From IMG/VR virus record IMGVR_UViG_3300033475_000071, positions 1 to 41,163 of that record: a stretch of DNA of 41,163 nt; one strand, given 5' to 3'. This DNA comes from a virus (taxonomy: Duplodnaviria; Caudoviricetes). The position numbers and the translations under genes were made by a program. The notes under the pieces are model-generated. The model searched no databases. It had not been told where the DNA came from and saw nothing but the letters and a program-made list of their open reading frames with translations. Shown piece by piece: positions 6,553 through 15,530 of the stretch; position 1 is the first letter of the stretch; each line of letters opens with the position of its first letter.

Positions 6553-7958
6553 ACGCCCCCCACGACCTCCCAATCGATCACGGTGTATCAGTGCCGCCAC
6601 ATAGCGTCGAAGCCGAGCAGGCGGTGCTCGGCGCCCTGCTTTTCGATAACGACGCTTTAGACCGGATCACGGATTTGCGCGAGACGCATTTCTACCGATA
6701 CGACCATCGAATGATCTTCGAGCACACGCATCGTCTCGTCATCTCTGGCCGCAACGCCGACGTGATTACGGTCTACGAAGCGCTTGGAGCCTCGGGCAAG
6801 GACGATGCCGTTGGCGGTCTGCCCTACCTCAACTCTCTGGTGCAAAACACGCCGGGTAGCAAGGGCATTCGGCGCTGGGCGGAAATCATCATCAACCGGG
6901 CGAAGTTGCGCGGTTTGATCTCGGCCGCCGACGAAATCTCAGCGATGGCGTATCAGCCTGACGGCCGGGATGTCGAGGAAATCATTGCGACTGCGCAAGC
7001 CAAGCTCGAGCCGCTTGCCGACACCGCGATGCGCGAGCCGGCGCTCATCAACACATTCCTGACGCCGATCATCGAACGGATCGACAGCGAGTATCACGGC
7101 GGCAAAGATCGCACGAAGGTCATCTCCACGGGCCTGCGCGATCTCGATACTCGGCTCGGTGGTGGCATGCGTGGCGGTCAGCTCATCATCGCCGCGGGTC
7201 GCCCCGGCATGGGCAAAAGCGCGCTCGCTCTTGGTGTCGCGGAATCGGTTGCTGAAATGGGCGCTCCGTCGATGTTCTTCACGCAGGAAATGACCGGCGA
7301 GGAATTGACGGCCCGCTCGCTTTCTCGCAATTCGGGCCTGCCGCTCGACAAGATTTTGGACGGTTCCAAATTCGGGCGCGGCGGCGACGCTGATTGGCCG
7401 ATGCTGACGAACGGCGTTCAGCGGCTTTCGGAAATGATGCTGCTGATCGACGAGACGGCGGCCGTATCGCTTCACGAGATCCAAGCGCGCGCACGGGCGG
7501 CCAAACGAAAGCATGGGTTGGGGTTGATCGTTGTCGACTATCTCGGCTTGATGACCGCTACGCAGGGCAACAATCGGACGGAGCAAGTCGGCGCAAACAG
7601 CCGCGGACTCAAAACTCTGGCAAAGCAGCTCGGCGTTCCGGTCCTTTTACTTGCCCAGCTTTCGCGAAAGTGTGATGACCGGCCGAACAAGCGCCCTCAA
7701 CTGGCCGACCTTCGGGATTCGGGCGAAATCGAGCAAGACGCCGACATCATCCTCTTTCTCTATCGCGATGAGATTTACAACCCCGACAGCATGGACAAGG
7801 GGTTGGCCGAGATCAACGTCGCAAAACAACGCAACGGCCCGACAGGGATTGTTCGAGCGGCATACCTGGGCGAAAGGACCGCGTTTGCCGATCTCGCACC
7901 GGGATACGTTCCGGTTCCGAGCAAGCCACCGGAGAAAGCCCGTCGAGGTTTCGAATGA
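6549..7958 (+). CDS. dnaB: Replicative DNA helicase, DnaB family
   Basis: PPHSVEAEQAVLG, Walker A GRPGMGKS, IVVDYL, LAQLSR, DLRDSGEIEQDAD, KQRNGPTG. Confidence 0.95.
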   Translation: MNAPHDLPIDHGVSVPPHSVEAEQAVLGALLFDNDALDRITDLRETHFYRYDHRMIFEHTHRLVISGRNADVITVYEALGASGKDDAVGGLPYLNSLVQNTPGSKGIRRWAEIIINRAKLRGLISAADEISAMAYQPDGRDVEEIIATAQAKLEPLADTAMREPALINTFLTPIIERIDSEYHGGKDRTKVISTGLRDLDTRLGGGMRGGQLIIAAGRPGMGKSALALGVAESVAEMGAPSMFFTQEMTGEELTARSLSRNSGLPLDKILDGSKFGRGGDADWPMLTNGVQRLSEMMLLIDETAAVSLHEIQARARAAKRKHGLGLIVVDYLGLMTATQGNNRTEQVGANSRGLKTLAKQLGVPVLLLAQLSRKCDDRPNKRPQLADLRDSGEIEQDADIILFLYRDEIYNPDSMDKGLAEINVAKQRNGPTGIVRAAYLGERTAFADLAPGYVPVPSKPPEKARRGFE

Positions 7959-8003
7959 ACGAGTCCGAGAAACTTCATCGCCAAATCAAAAGCGGGAGAT
8001 GAC

Positions 8004-8303
8004 ATGTCAATGATCCAAATCACCGAATACCTCGGGACACGCCCGCAAGGCGCGACTGGCCGCGAGATTGCCGAGTACCTTGGCGTGAACGCTCGATCAG
8101 CCGGGGATTCGCTGGCTCGATTGCTTAGGAAAGGAACGGTCACGAATGATAGCAACCATGGACGCCGAGTCGATGCGTTATGGCGGCTTTCGAAGATCGA
8201 GGACGTCGCGACGCCAGCGTGCTTTCGAGCGATGGAAACGCTCGATGCGATGCAGAAAGTGACGCGGGAGCGGTTGGTGAATCGGATTGCGGAGGAGGTA
8301 TGA
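8004..8303 (+). CDS. Hypothetical winged-HTH protein
   Basis: GATGREIAEYLGV...LARL pattern; GGAG RBS. Confidence 0.65.
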   Translation: MSMIQITEYLGTRPQGATGREIAEYLGVNARSAGDSLARLLRKGTVTNDSNHGRRVDALWRLSKIEDVATPACFRAMETLDAMQKVTRERLVNRIAEEV

Positions 8304-8845
8304 ACAAGATCGGATCGCAACTTGGAAAGTGGGCGCACCTATGGACGCCAGAAGAGGATGAGCGCGTTCGCCGAGCCTGGGCCGCGCCGAAGACCTACAA
8401 GGACCAGATGGGCATGTTCCCCGGCCGTACGTGGGAAGCCGTCAGGGCGCACGCCAAAGAATTAGGACTTGGCCCGAAGCCGCAACGATCGATCCGCGGC
8501 GAATCGCCTGCGACGTCGGTCGTCATTGACCTTATGTGCGCAACAAACCGGCCGATGACGGTAGGGCAAATCGTTTCTGCGACACGCGTAGCAGATCGAA
8601 CGGTGCGGGAGATCTTGAAAAAGGGGCATGGAACCACGTTTCACGTCGCCAACTACGTCCGCTTCGGAAAGTCGCGAATCTGGCAAGCGAAATGGTCGTT
8701 TGGCGAGGGAGACGACGCTGCCAAGCCTAAGCCTCTGTCGAGCTCTGAAGCGAGACGCAATTGGCGAGCTCGACAGCGTCAAAAGGTGAATGTGGGTAAT
8801 CCATTTGCCGTTGCGATGAATCAAGTTATTAGGGAGGCCGCATGA
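8300..8845 (+). CDS. Hypothetical DNA-binding protein (Myb-like WTPEED plus HTH)
   Basis: ATG at 8300 after GGAGGAGG; WTPEEDERV...PGRTWEAV; MTVGQIVSATRV. Confidence 0.7.
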   Translation: MNKIGSQLGKWAHLWTPEEDERVRRAWAAPKTYKDQMGMFPGRTWEAVRAHAKELGLGPKPQRSIRGESPATSVVIDLMCATNRPMTVGQIVSATRVADRTVREILKKGHGTTFHVANYVRFGKSRIWQAKWSFGEGDDAAKPKPLSSSEARRNWRARQRQKVNVGNPFAVAMNQVIREAA

Positions 8846-9120
8846 AGAAGAGCACTTCATCCGAAGATCGCATCTATGGTGTGCTCAAGCAGGACGGCCC
8901 AATGACGCCGGCCGAAGTGAAGAGCAAGACTGGCCTATCGCGCGAGACGATTTGGCGCGGCATTCGGAATCTGTTGACGTCGGATAAGGTCAGGCAGGTT
9001 TCGCAAGCGACTTATCTCGGCGCAAGACGCGGGATGGCTGGAGCCACATACGAAGCGATCGAACTCGACTACGGCTATTCAGCTTTGGCCGCAGTTATGC
9101 ATGCATGGAGGGTGGAGTGA
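8842..9120 (+). CDS. Hypothetical winged-HTH protein
   Basis: GPMTPAEVKSKTGLSRETIWRGIRNL; ATGA overlap. Confidence 0.7.
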   Translation: MKKSTSSEDRIYGVLKQDGPMTPAEVKSKTGLSRETIWRGIRNLLTSDKVRQVSQATYLGARRGMAGATYEAIELDYGYSALAAVMHAWRVE

Positions 9121-9431
9121 ACTGCAAACCTGGGGATCTTGCGATTGTCGTTGGCCCTTGTGTGACGCCCGGATTGACCGGACGAATAGTTGAAATAGTG
9201 CGTCGCGCGATTCTTGGAGAGTGGTACCCGTCAATCTCGGGAGAAATGGTGAGATTGGGCATCGAAGCCCCATGCTGGCTCGTTCGAAGTTCGACCCAGT
9301 TGCCGCTACCGATGGAGACTTCTCGCGGCCGACTTCTTTTCTTCAGGGAGAGAAGCATTCAAGACTCGATCTTGCGCCCGATAAGCGGCGTGCCTGTGAA
9401 TGACGAAGTGGCCGACGAGGTTCCAGCATGA
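9117..9431 (+). CDS. Hypothetical phage protein
   Basis: GTGA overlap; (M)NCKPGDLAIVV...DSILRPI pattern seen in phage nin regions. Confidence 0.65.
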   Translation: MNCKPGDLAIVVGPCVTPGLTGRIVEIVRRAILGEWYPSISGEMVRLGIEAPCWLVRSSTQLPLPMETSRGRLLFFRERSIQDSILRPISGVPVNDEVADEVPA

Positions 9432-9613
9432 CTAACCGCAACCACATTCCCGACGCTCCCCTTGCCGATCTTATGCGCCGCTACGAGCTCAACGGCAGCT
9501 TGAAGAACGGCCGCGCATTCGCCGACGCGATCCTTGTGTACTTTCTCGGGCCGCGCGAAGCGAAGGCTTTGATTGATGGAGAAGTCGAATCGGAGGGCGG
9601 CAACTGTGATTGA
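9428..9613 (+). CDS. Hypothetical protein (61 aa)
   Basis: ATGA overlap, GAGG RBS. Confidence 0.55.
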   Translation: MTNRNHIPDAPLADLMRRYELNGSLKNGRAFADAILVYFLGPREAKALIDGEVESEGGNCD

Positions 9614-10079
9614 GCACTTCGGAAAATGGCTGATCTACCGTATGACGCGCCGCGCTCCCGACTTCGTGATTGGTATCCAAGAAAACCCATACCTGCTGCG
9701 TTGGTGGGTGATTCCGCGTAATCGGTTCTTCAACGTCTATCTGCACTGCTTCATGCGCAGCGATGACGATAGAGCACTCCACGATCATCCTTGGTCGAAC
9801 GTTTCAGTTTTACTTAAGGGTTGCTACATCGAGCACACAGTTCGCGCCGGCGGCATCAATGTGCGAACAGAACTGCGCGCGCCAGCCATCCGTCCTCGCC
9901 TCTTTGGGTCTTTTGCGCATCGCGTAGAACTCTTCGACGGCTTCTGCTGGACGCTCTTTATTACAGGTCCGCGTTACCGCGAATGGGGTTTCCATTGCCC
10001 AGAACGCGGCTGGATCCATTGGAAACAGTTCACGGCTACCGAAAATGCCGGGGAAATTGGAAAGGGATGCGATCAATGA
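9606..10079 (+). CDS. Cupin-like protein (HDHPW motif)
   Basis: NVYLHCF.RSDDDRALHDHPW...Y.E...HRVEL...WTLFITGP..REWGF; GTG start after GGAGG. Confidence 0.75.
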   Translation: MIEHFGKWLIYRMTRRAPDFVIGIQENPYLLRWWVIPRNRFFNVYLHCFMRSDDDRALHDHPWSNVSVLLKGCYIEHTVRAGGINVRTELRAPAIRPRLFGSFAHRVELFDGFCWTLFITGPRYREWGFHCPERGWIHWKQFTATENAGEIGKGCDQ

Positions 10080-10693
10080 ACTTGCCACAAGTAATCGCCC
10101 TAGTGGGCAACGCAGGCGCTGGGAAAAGCACGGTTGCCGACTACATGATTTCCGCGTATGGCTATCACCGCGTGAAGTTCGCGGGTCCATTGAAAAATAT
10201 GCTTCGGGCAATCGGTTTGGACAACGAGGAGATCGAGGGTAGCAAGAAAGAGCAACCATGTGATCTTCTGTGCGGGAAGACACCGCGGCACGCGATGGTG
10301 ACGCTCGGGACTGAGTGGGGGCGCGATCTGATCGGCCAGGATTTCTGGACTGGACTTTGGGAGGAAGAGGTTTGCGCGCATCTGAATAGTGGGTTGCGTG
10401 TCGTCGTTGACGATTGCCGCTTCCCCAACGAGTTGGCGGCAGTGAAACGGCGCGGCGGCGTCGCGTGGCGCATTGTCCGTCCCAGCCACGAAGGATCGTC
10501 ACTTCCCGGTCATCGTTCTGAAGGCGCGTTGAGCGAGTTCTACGGCGACATGCGCGCCATTGCAAATTCGGGATGGGTTGAAGATTTGCATGCCAAGGTG
10601 AAGCAGATCATGGACGCGGCTGCTTTGGCCGAACATGCCGCGCGCGAAGAAGACGCTCGGCTGATCGCGGAAAGCAATCGGGGTGCGGCATGA
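10076..10693 (+). CDS. Deoxynucleoside monophosphate kinase (T4 gp1-like)
   Basis: P-loop GNAGAGKST, FAGPLK, TPRHAMVTLGTEWGR, DDCRFPNE, HRSE. Confidence 0.85.
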   Translation: MNLPQVIALVGNAGAGKSTVADYMISAYGYHRVKFAGPLKNMLRAIGLDNEEIEGSKKEQPCDLLCGKTPRHAMVTLGTEWGRDLIGQDFWTGLWEEEVCAHLNSGLRVVVDDCRFPNELAAVKRRGGVAWRIVRPSHEGSSLPGHRSEGALSEFYGDMRAIANSGWVEDLHAKVKQIMDAAALAEHAAREEDARLIAESNRGAA

Positions 10694-10833
10694 GCCAAAC
10701 CAACATCCGCCGCTTGATTGTCGCCGGCATGGGCCTCGGACTGGCTGCTGTGGCTGCGTATCTCTACACCAGTGGAAAGGATGCGCCACTTCCTGTGATT
10801 GGCGCGGTGATCTGCTTTTTCGAGGCGTTGTGA
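10690..10833 (+). CDS. Small membrane protein (47 aa)
   Basis: Manual translation MSQTNIRRLIVAGMGLGLAAVAAYLYTSGKDAPLPVIGAVICFFEAL; coupled at both ends. Confidence 0.55.
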   Translation: MSQTNIRRLIVAGMGLGLAAVAAYLYTSGKDAPLPVIGAVICFFEAL

Positions 10834-11291
10834 TGGAAGTCCTTCTCACCAAGACGCCCCAGGGCTACATGATTCCGCTGAGCGAGAGCGAAGCTGAGAA
10901 GTGCAAGCGCTTTAAGGTCGGCTCGACCGTGCGCGCGGAGATGTCGGCGCCCAGAAACGGTCGGTTCCACCGCAAATTTTTCACCATGCTCGACCTTGGG
11001 TTCGACGCGTTCGATCCGCCCGAATCCGAACACAAGGGATTGCCAGTCCAGAAGAATCGTGAACGGTTCCGCAAGGACTGCATCATCGCGGCCGGCTTCT
11101 ATGACGCCGTTGCCAATCTGAACGGTGAGGTTCGCGCTGAGGCGCATAGCATGAGCTTCGCCAATATGGACGACGAGCAGTTTGAGCGCGTCTATTCTGC
11201 CGTCGCCAATGTGTTGCTGCAGAAGGTGCTTCGCAACTACACGCGCAAGGATCTGGACGAGGTTGTGGAACGTATGCTGGGGTTCCTATGA
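10833..11291 (+). CDS. DUF1367-family phage protein
   Basis: RNGRFHRKFF.ML.LGF...FRK...AGFYD...SMSFANMDDEQFERVY. Confidence 0.8.
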   Translation: MEVLLTKTPQGYMIPLSESEAEKCKRFKVGSTVRAEMSAPRNGRFHRKFFTMLDLGFDAFDPPESEHKGLPVQKNRERFRKDCIIAAGFYDAVANLNGEVRAEAHSMSFANMDDEQFERVYSAVANVLLQKVLRNYTRKDLDEVVERMLGFL

Positions 11292-11416
11292 TCCGCGGCG
11301 CCCTAATCTTCTTCGCTGCCTGGACGCTGGCGTATTCCACGGTATCGGCCGAATGTCGATATATGGGCTCGTTTCTGGTCGGGACGCATGTGTTTGAGTG
11401 CAAGGTGAGGAAATGA
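11288..11416 (+). CDS. Small secreted/membrane protein (42 aa)
   Basis: Manual translation MIRGALIFFAAWTLAYSTVSAECRYMGSFLVGTHVFECKVRK; ATGA overlaps on both ends. Confidence 0.5.
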   Translation: MIRGALIFFAAWTLAYSTVSAECRYMGSFLVGTHVFECKVRK

Positions 11417-11985
11417 TCCGCGCCCTCAAGCCGAAGCGCTGCAAGGTGTGCGCGCGCGATTTCGTTCCGATCAGCAGCCTATCCAAAGCATGCTCGGTCG
11501 TCTGCGCCCTTGAACTCGTTCGCCGCGACAACGCCAAGAAGGAAGCCAAGGTAAAGCGCGAAGAGGCTAAGGCTACTCGGTCAGCGAAGGAGAAGATCAA
11601 GAGTCGTGGGGAGCATTTGAAGGAAGCGCAGGCGGCATTCAATGCTTGGATTCGACAGCGCGACGCAGGATTGCCGTGCATCTCATGCGGGCGGCTGGCG
11701 TCATGGCAAGGGCAATGGGACGCGGGACATTACCGCTCTGTTGGCTCAAACCCTGCCAGTCGGTTTGATCCTCTTAACGTGAACAAACAATGTGGACCCT
11801 GCAATGTGCATCTGTCAGGGAATCTCATCGCCTATCGCGCGGGCTTGGTCAAAAAGATCGGGCCAGAGGCAGTCGAACGACTTGAGGCCCCTCACCTCCC
11901 ATTAAAGCTCACCCTGCCAGAGATATTGGAAATGAAGGCGTTCTATCGGGCCGAGGTTCGGCGGATGAAGAAGGAGGCGGCGTGA
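11413..11985 (+). CDS. ninG: NinG/Rap recombination endonuclease
   Basis: KRCKVC...CSVVCA; AQAAFNAWIRQRD..LPCISCG; WDAGHYRSVG; NVNKQCGPCNVHLSGN. Confidence 0.9.
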   Translation: MIRALKPKRCKVCARDFVPISSLSKACSVVCALELVRRDNAKKEAKVKREEAKATRSAKEKIKSRGEHLKEAQAAFNAWIRQRDAGLPCISCGRLASWQGQWDAGHYRSVGSNPASRFDPLNVNKQCGPCNVHLSGNLIAYRAGLVKKIGPEAVERLEAPHLPLKLTLPEILEMKAFYRAEVRRMKKEAA

Positions 11986-12458
11986 GATTGCACTATAACG
12001 CCCGCGATCTGACGGGGCTTCGCACGGGTCGCCTTGCCGTTATTCGCCCATCGCGCCGAGATTCTGACGGTCATCAGATGTGGCACTGCGTCTGCGATTG
12101 CGGCAAGACGAAAGACATTGCATCCAATAGCCTGACGCGCCGCAAGCCGGTTCAGTCCTGCGGCTGCATGAATGCGACGACCGCCCAAGCGAAGAAGTTA
12201 GCTGACGGTCCGTGGAACGAGTCGAAAAGCTATGTCATCAAGGATGGGGAGCATTGCTACAAGACGCGGCATGGCTGGGCAAAGGCGGTCGTCAAGCGCT
12301 ACGGCAACAAGTGCCAGCTCTGCGGATGGGATAAATCCCGCTGCGACGCTCACCATCGAATCCCGAAGGCGAAAGGCGGCGCTCACACCATTGAGAACGG
12401 CATCGTGCTCTGCCCGAATTTCCATTGAATCGAACATGACCAAGGACGTGGTGACTGA
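11982..12458 (+). pseudogene. HNH homing endonuclease, probably inactivated
   Basis: DLTG..TGRL, WHCVCDCG, SCGC; CQLCG...DAHHRIP...GG....NGIVLCPNFH*; reading past the stop gives IEHDQGRGD* ending in a TGATG overlap with the next gene. Confidence 0.7.
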
Positions 12459-13738
12459 TGCGGTATCTCTCACTGTTTAGCGGAATCGAAGCGGCGTCGG
12501 CGGCATGGCATCCGATGGGGTGGAAGTGCGCCGCTGTATCAGAAATCGAGCCGTTTCCGTGCGCCGTTCTCGCACACCATTACCCAACCGTCCCGAATCT
12601 CGGCGACATAACAAAATTTAAGGAGTGGCCCGATCTTGGAACAGTTGACCTTCTTGTCGGAGGAAGCCCCTGCCAGTCGTTCTCAATCGCGGGTCTCAGA
12701 AAAGGAATGGACGACCCTCGTGGCAACCTCATGCTCACCTATCTTGCCGTTGTTAACCGCGTCGCTCCCCGCTGGGTGGTCTACGAAAACGTCCCCGGTC
12801 TCCTGTCATCTAACGGAGGACGGGATTTTGGGACCCTCCTCGGAGGGCTGGCAGAACTCGGGTATGGGTTCGCCTACCGCGTTCTTGACGCTCAGTACAT
12901 CCGAGTGGAATCACACTCTCGCGCCGTCCCTCAACGACGCCGGCGTGTGTTCGTTGTCGGATATCTTGGAGACTGGCGACGTGCCGCAGCGGTACTTTTT
13001 GAGCGCGAAAGCCTGCTCGGGCATCCTGCGCCGCGCCGCCAAGCGGGGAAAGGAATTGCCCCTACCCTTAATGCGCGCACTAAAGGCGGTGGCGGACTCG
13101 GAACCGATTCCGACTGCAATGGAGGATTAGTTGCGAGGTCGTTGCGAGCTCAATCTAATTCCTCTCACCGGGCGGATAGCGATAACTATGTGGTCGCGCA
13201 TTCGCTGCGCGGCGAAGGCTTTGATGCAAGCGAGGACGGCACTGGGCGCGGCACTCCGTTCGTTCCGGTTCCGTTTGACACGACGCAAATCACGAGCGCC
13301 GCCAACCGAAGCAACCCGAAGCACGGTGATCCTTGTCACCCGCTCTCGGCGGAAGGACATCCGCTAGCAATTGCATTTGACTGCAAGGGCGACGTGCATT
13401 CGGTCTGCCTTGGCAGCGATCCCATACACGCACGCGAACTTGCGATGCCTCAGACGAGGCGAAACGGAGATCCCGGCGTAGTTCAGTACGGCGCTGCCGT
13501 TCGTCGTCTTACGCCGACTGAATGCGAGCGCTTGCAGGGATTCCCTGACCGCTATACGGAAATCAAGATCGGGAAGAGCCCCGCAAAAGATGGGCCGCGC
13601 TACAAGGCGCTCGGAAACAGCATGGCGATAAACACGATGCGCTGGATCGGGGATCGAATCGAACTCGTCGACTCATTGGTACTGAGCAATCCCATAAACC
13701 CCGCCACAAAAGACAACCAAACGAAGGAGGAAGTGTGA
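12458..13738 (+). CDS. DNA (cytosine-5)-methyltransferase
   Basis: Motifs I LFSGI, IV GGSPCQSFS, VI ENVPG, VIII PQRRRRVF, IX RRLTPTECERLQGFP, X YKALGNS. Confidence 0.93.
   Translation: MRYLSLFSGIEAASAAWHPMGWKCAAVSEIEPFPCAVLAHHYPTVPNLGDITKFKEWPDLGTVDLLVGGSPCQSFSIAGLRKGMDDPRGNLMLTYLAVVNRVAPRWVVYENVPGLLSSNGGRDFGTLLGGLAELGYGFAYRVLDAQYIRVESHSRAVPQRRRRVFVVGYLGDWRRAAAVLFERESLLGHPAPRRQAGKGIAPTLNARTKGGGGLGTDSDCNGGLVARSLRAQSNSSHRADSDNYVVAHSLRGEGFDASEDGTGRGTPFVPVPFDTTQITSAANRSNPKHGDPCHPLSAEGHPLAIAFDCKGDVHSVCLGSDPIHARELAMPQTRRNGDPGVVQYGAAVRRLTPTECERLQGFPDRYTEIKIGKSPAKDGPRYKALGNSMAINTMRWIGDRIELVDSLVLSNPINPATKDNQTKEEV
12636..13130 (+). CDS. Nested +1-frame ORF inside the methyltransferase (EcoHK31I beta-like)
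   Basis: 164 codons open; AAGGAG 10 nt before TTG; SLSDILETGDVPQRYFLSAKACSGILRRA..RGK.LP C-terminus. Confidence 0.6.
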   Translation: MEQLTFLSEEAPASRSQSRVSEKEWTTLVATSCSPILPLLTASLPAGWSTKTSPVSCHLTEDGILGPSSEGWQNSGMGSPTAFLTLSTSEWNHTLAPSLNDAGVCSLSDILETGDVPQRYFLSAKACSGILRRAAKRGKELPLPLMRALKAVADSEPIPTAMED

Positions 13739-14799
13739 GAAAACTTGCAACGATTCGCCGTGTTTCTGCGCTGCGCCCGATCGAAGGAGCTGATCTGATC
13801 GAACTCGCCATTGTCGACGGCTGGCAATGCGTCGTGAAGAAAGGAGAATTTGCCATTGGCGACCTGGGCGTCTACTTCGAGATCGATTCGTTCCTGCCGT
13901 CGACGGACGCGCGTTATGCGTTCCTCGAGCCGAGGTTCATCAAGTGGGAAGGAAAGATCGGCGCGCGCATCAAGACGATGAAGCTCAAGAGTCAACTGTC
14001 GCAAGGGCTTTTTCTGCCGGCGACCGCTTACCCGGAGATCGAAGCGGTCGAAGATTTGGATGTAACCGAAACGCTCGGCATCGAGAAGTGGGAGAAGCCG
14101 CTGCCTGCGTGCCTTGGGGGAACGGCGCGCGGCAACTTCCCTTCGTTCATTCCCAAGACCGACCAGGAGCGCGTCCAGAACATCCGCGGTCTGTTCGAGG
14201 ATTGGGGGCATCACACGTTCCAAGAATCGACCAAGATGGATGGCAGTTCCATGACTGTCTACTACGTCGCCAAGGGATCGTGCGCATATGAGCAGAACGC
14301 CAAGCCAGACGGCGAAGGCAACATGCCTGATGAGCTGAGCGGCGTGTGCTCGCGCAATCTCGATCTAGTCGAGACGCAAGGAAACCAGTTCTGGATCACG
14401 GCACGCGAGAACCAAATCATCGAGAAGTTGCGCGGACTGGGGCGGAACCTTGCCATCCAGGGCGAACTGTGCGGGTCGGGCATCCAAAGCAACTTCGAGA
14501 AGTTTCCAGAAGGCGTGCACGACTTCTTCGTCTATGACATTTGGGATATTGACGCGCAAGAGTATCTGTCGCCCGCGCAGACCCATCAAGTGGCGCAGGA
14601 TTTCGGGCTTAAGCACGTTCCGGTGCATGGCTACATCGTCCTGAACAAAGCGGCGCAGACCATCGGCGAGCTTCTCTATCGCGCCGAAGGCCAGGGAATC
14701 AACGGCGCAAAGCGCGAGGGCATCGTGTTCAAGCATATCGAATCTGGTTTTTCGTTCAAATGCATTAGCAATAGCTATTTGCTCAAGCATGGAGAGTGA
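13735..14799 (+). CDS. RNA ligase, DRB0094 family (ATP-dependent)
   Basis: RKLATI...IEGADLIE..VDGWQCVVKKGEF..GD..VYFEIDS N-terminal module; motif I KMDGSS; QGELCG; EGIVFK; FKCISN.YLLK. Confidence 0.9.
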   Translation: MRKLATIRRVSALRPIEGADLIELAIVDGWQCVVKKGEFAIGDLGVYFEIDSFLPSTDARYAFLEPRFIKWEGKIGARIKTMKLKSQLSQGLFLPATAYPEIEAVEDLDVTETLGIEKWEKPLPACLGGTARGNFPSFIPKTDQERVQNIRGLFEDWGHHTFQESTKMDGSSMTVYYVAKGSCAYEQNAKPDGEGNMPDELSGVCSRNLDLVETQGNQFWITARENQIIEKLRGLGRNLAIQGELCGSGIQSNFEKFPEGVHDFFVYDIWDIDAQEYLSPAQTHQVAQDFGLKHVPVHGYIVLNKAAQTIGELLYRAEGQGINGAKREGIVFKHIESGFSFKCISNSYLLKHGE

Positions 14800-14801
14800 G
14801 A

Positions 14802-14975
14802 ATGCTTAACCAATGCGACGGCTGCCGCCAAAACGCCCCGCTCCGCGACCATTTGCACGTCGACGAGAACGGCCGAGTCTTCATGGTCTGCGAGCGAGAG
14901 AAGTACGAAGACCGAGTGACTTGCCTATCCTGCGGCATCTCGCGAGATAGAACTGAGTCGTGCTGCGGACACTGA
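14802..14975 (+). CDS. Small Cys-rich protein (57 aa)
   Basis: Manual translation MLNQCDGC...H.H...C...CLSC...CCGH; GGAG RBS. Confidence 0.55.
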   Translation: MLNQCDGCRQNAPLRDHLHVDENGRVFMVCEREKYEDRVTCLSCGISRDRTESCCGH

Positions 14976-14985
14976 GGGGGAATCT

Positions 14986-15171
14986 ATGTTCTTCGCCGTG
15001 TGGTTAGTTTTGGGGTTCATCGGAATCGCTGCGTTTCTGATAGCGGGTGAAGATGAATTTACCGTGTTGAGTTTGATCTTCTGTCTCATCGGATGGCCGG
15101 TTGGGCCGCTGTTTTTGGCCGCTTTCATAATTTCTCCGCTGAGCAGGATCGTCATTTGGAGGCGCAAGTGA
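14986..15171 (+). CDS. Small membrane protein (2 TM)
   Basis: Two hydrophobic stretches; GAGGGG RBS. Confidence 0.6.
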   Translation: MFFAVWLVLGFIGIAAFLIAGEDEFTVLSLIFCLIGWPVGPLFLAAFIISPLSRIVIWRRK

Positions 15172-15530
15172 TCTACACCGCCCTCTTCTTCGGCATCTTC
15201 TGCGGGGCATTCGGTATGGCGGCGCTGCTGCTGATACTCGGCGCAAATCGTCCGCCGTCGACAACGATGCATGCACGACGCCCTCCGCATCCAATGCCGA
15301 AGTACGACGACCGCATGCGCAGTCTTTCCGAGCCAATGCCGCAATGCAAAGAGGGGCGCAAGCCTGACTTTTGGGGAATCGTCGAAGCGGATATGCATTG
15401 CATCAACTGCGGCTTGCGTATCGATCCGCGGTGCGCGTGCGAGCGCGGGCGAAAGTTGGCTGCCGAGCACGAGCAGGAAAACACCGTTCGTTACGAATTT
15501 TTAGGCATAACGGGGCACGAAGAAGAGTGA
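15168..15530 (+). CDS. Membrane-anchored hypothetical protein with Cys cluster
   Basis: GTGA overlap, GGAGG RBS; N-terminal hydrophobic helix; CINC...CAC. Confidence 0.55.
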   Translation: MIYTALFFGIFCGAFGMAALLLILGANRPPSTTMHARRPPHPMPKYDDRMRSLSEPMPQCKEGRKPDFWGIVEADMHCINCGLRIDPRCACERGRKLAAEHEQENTVRYEFLGITGHEEE

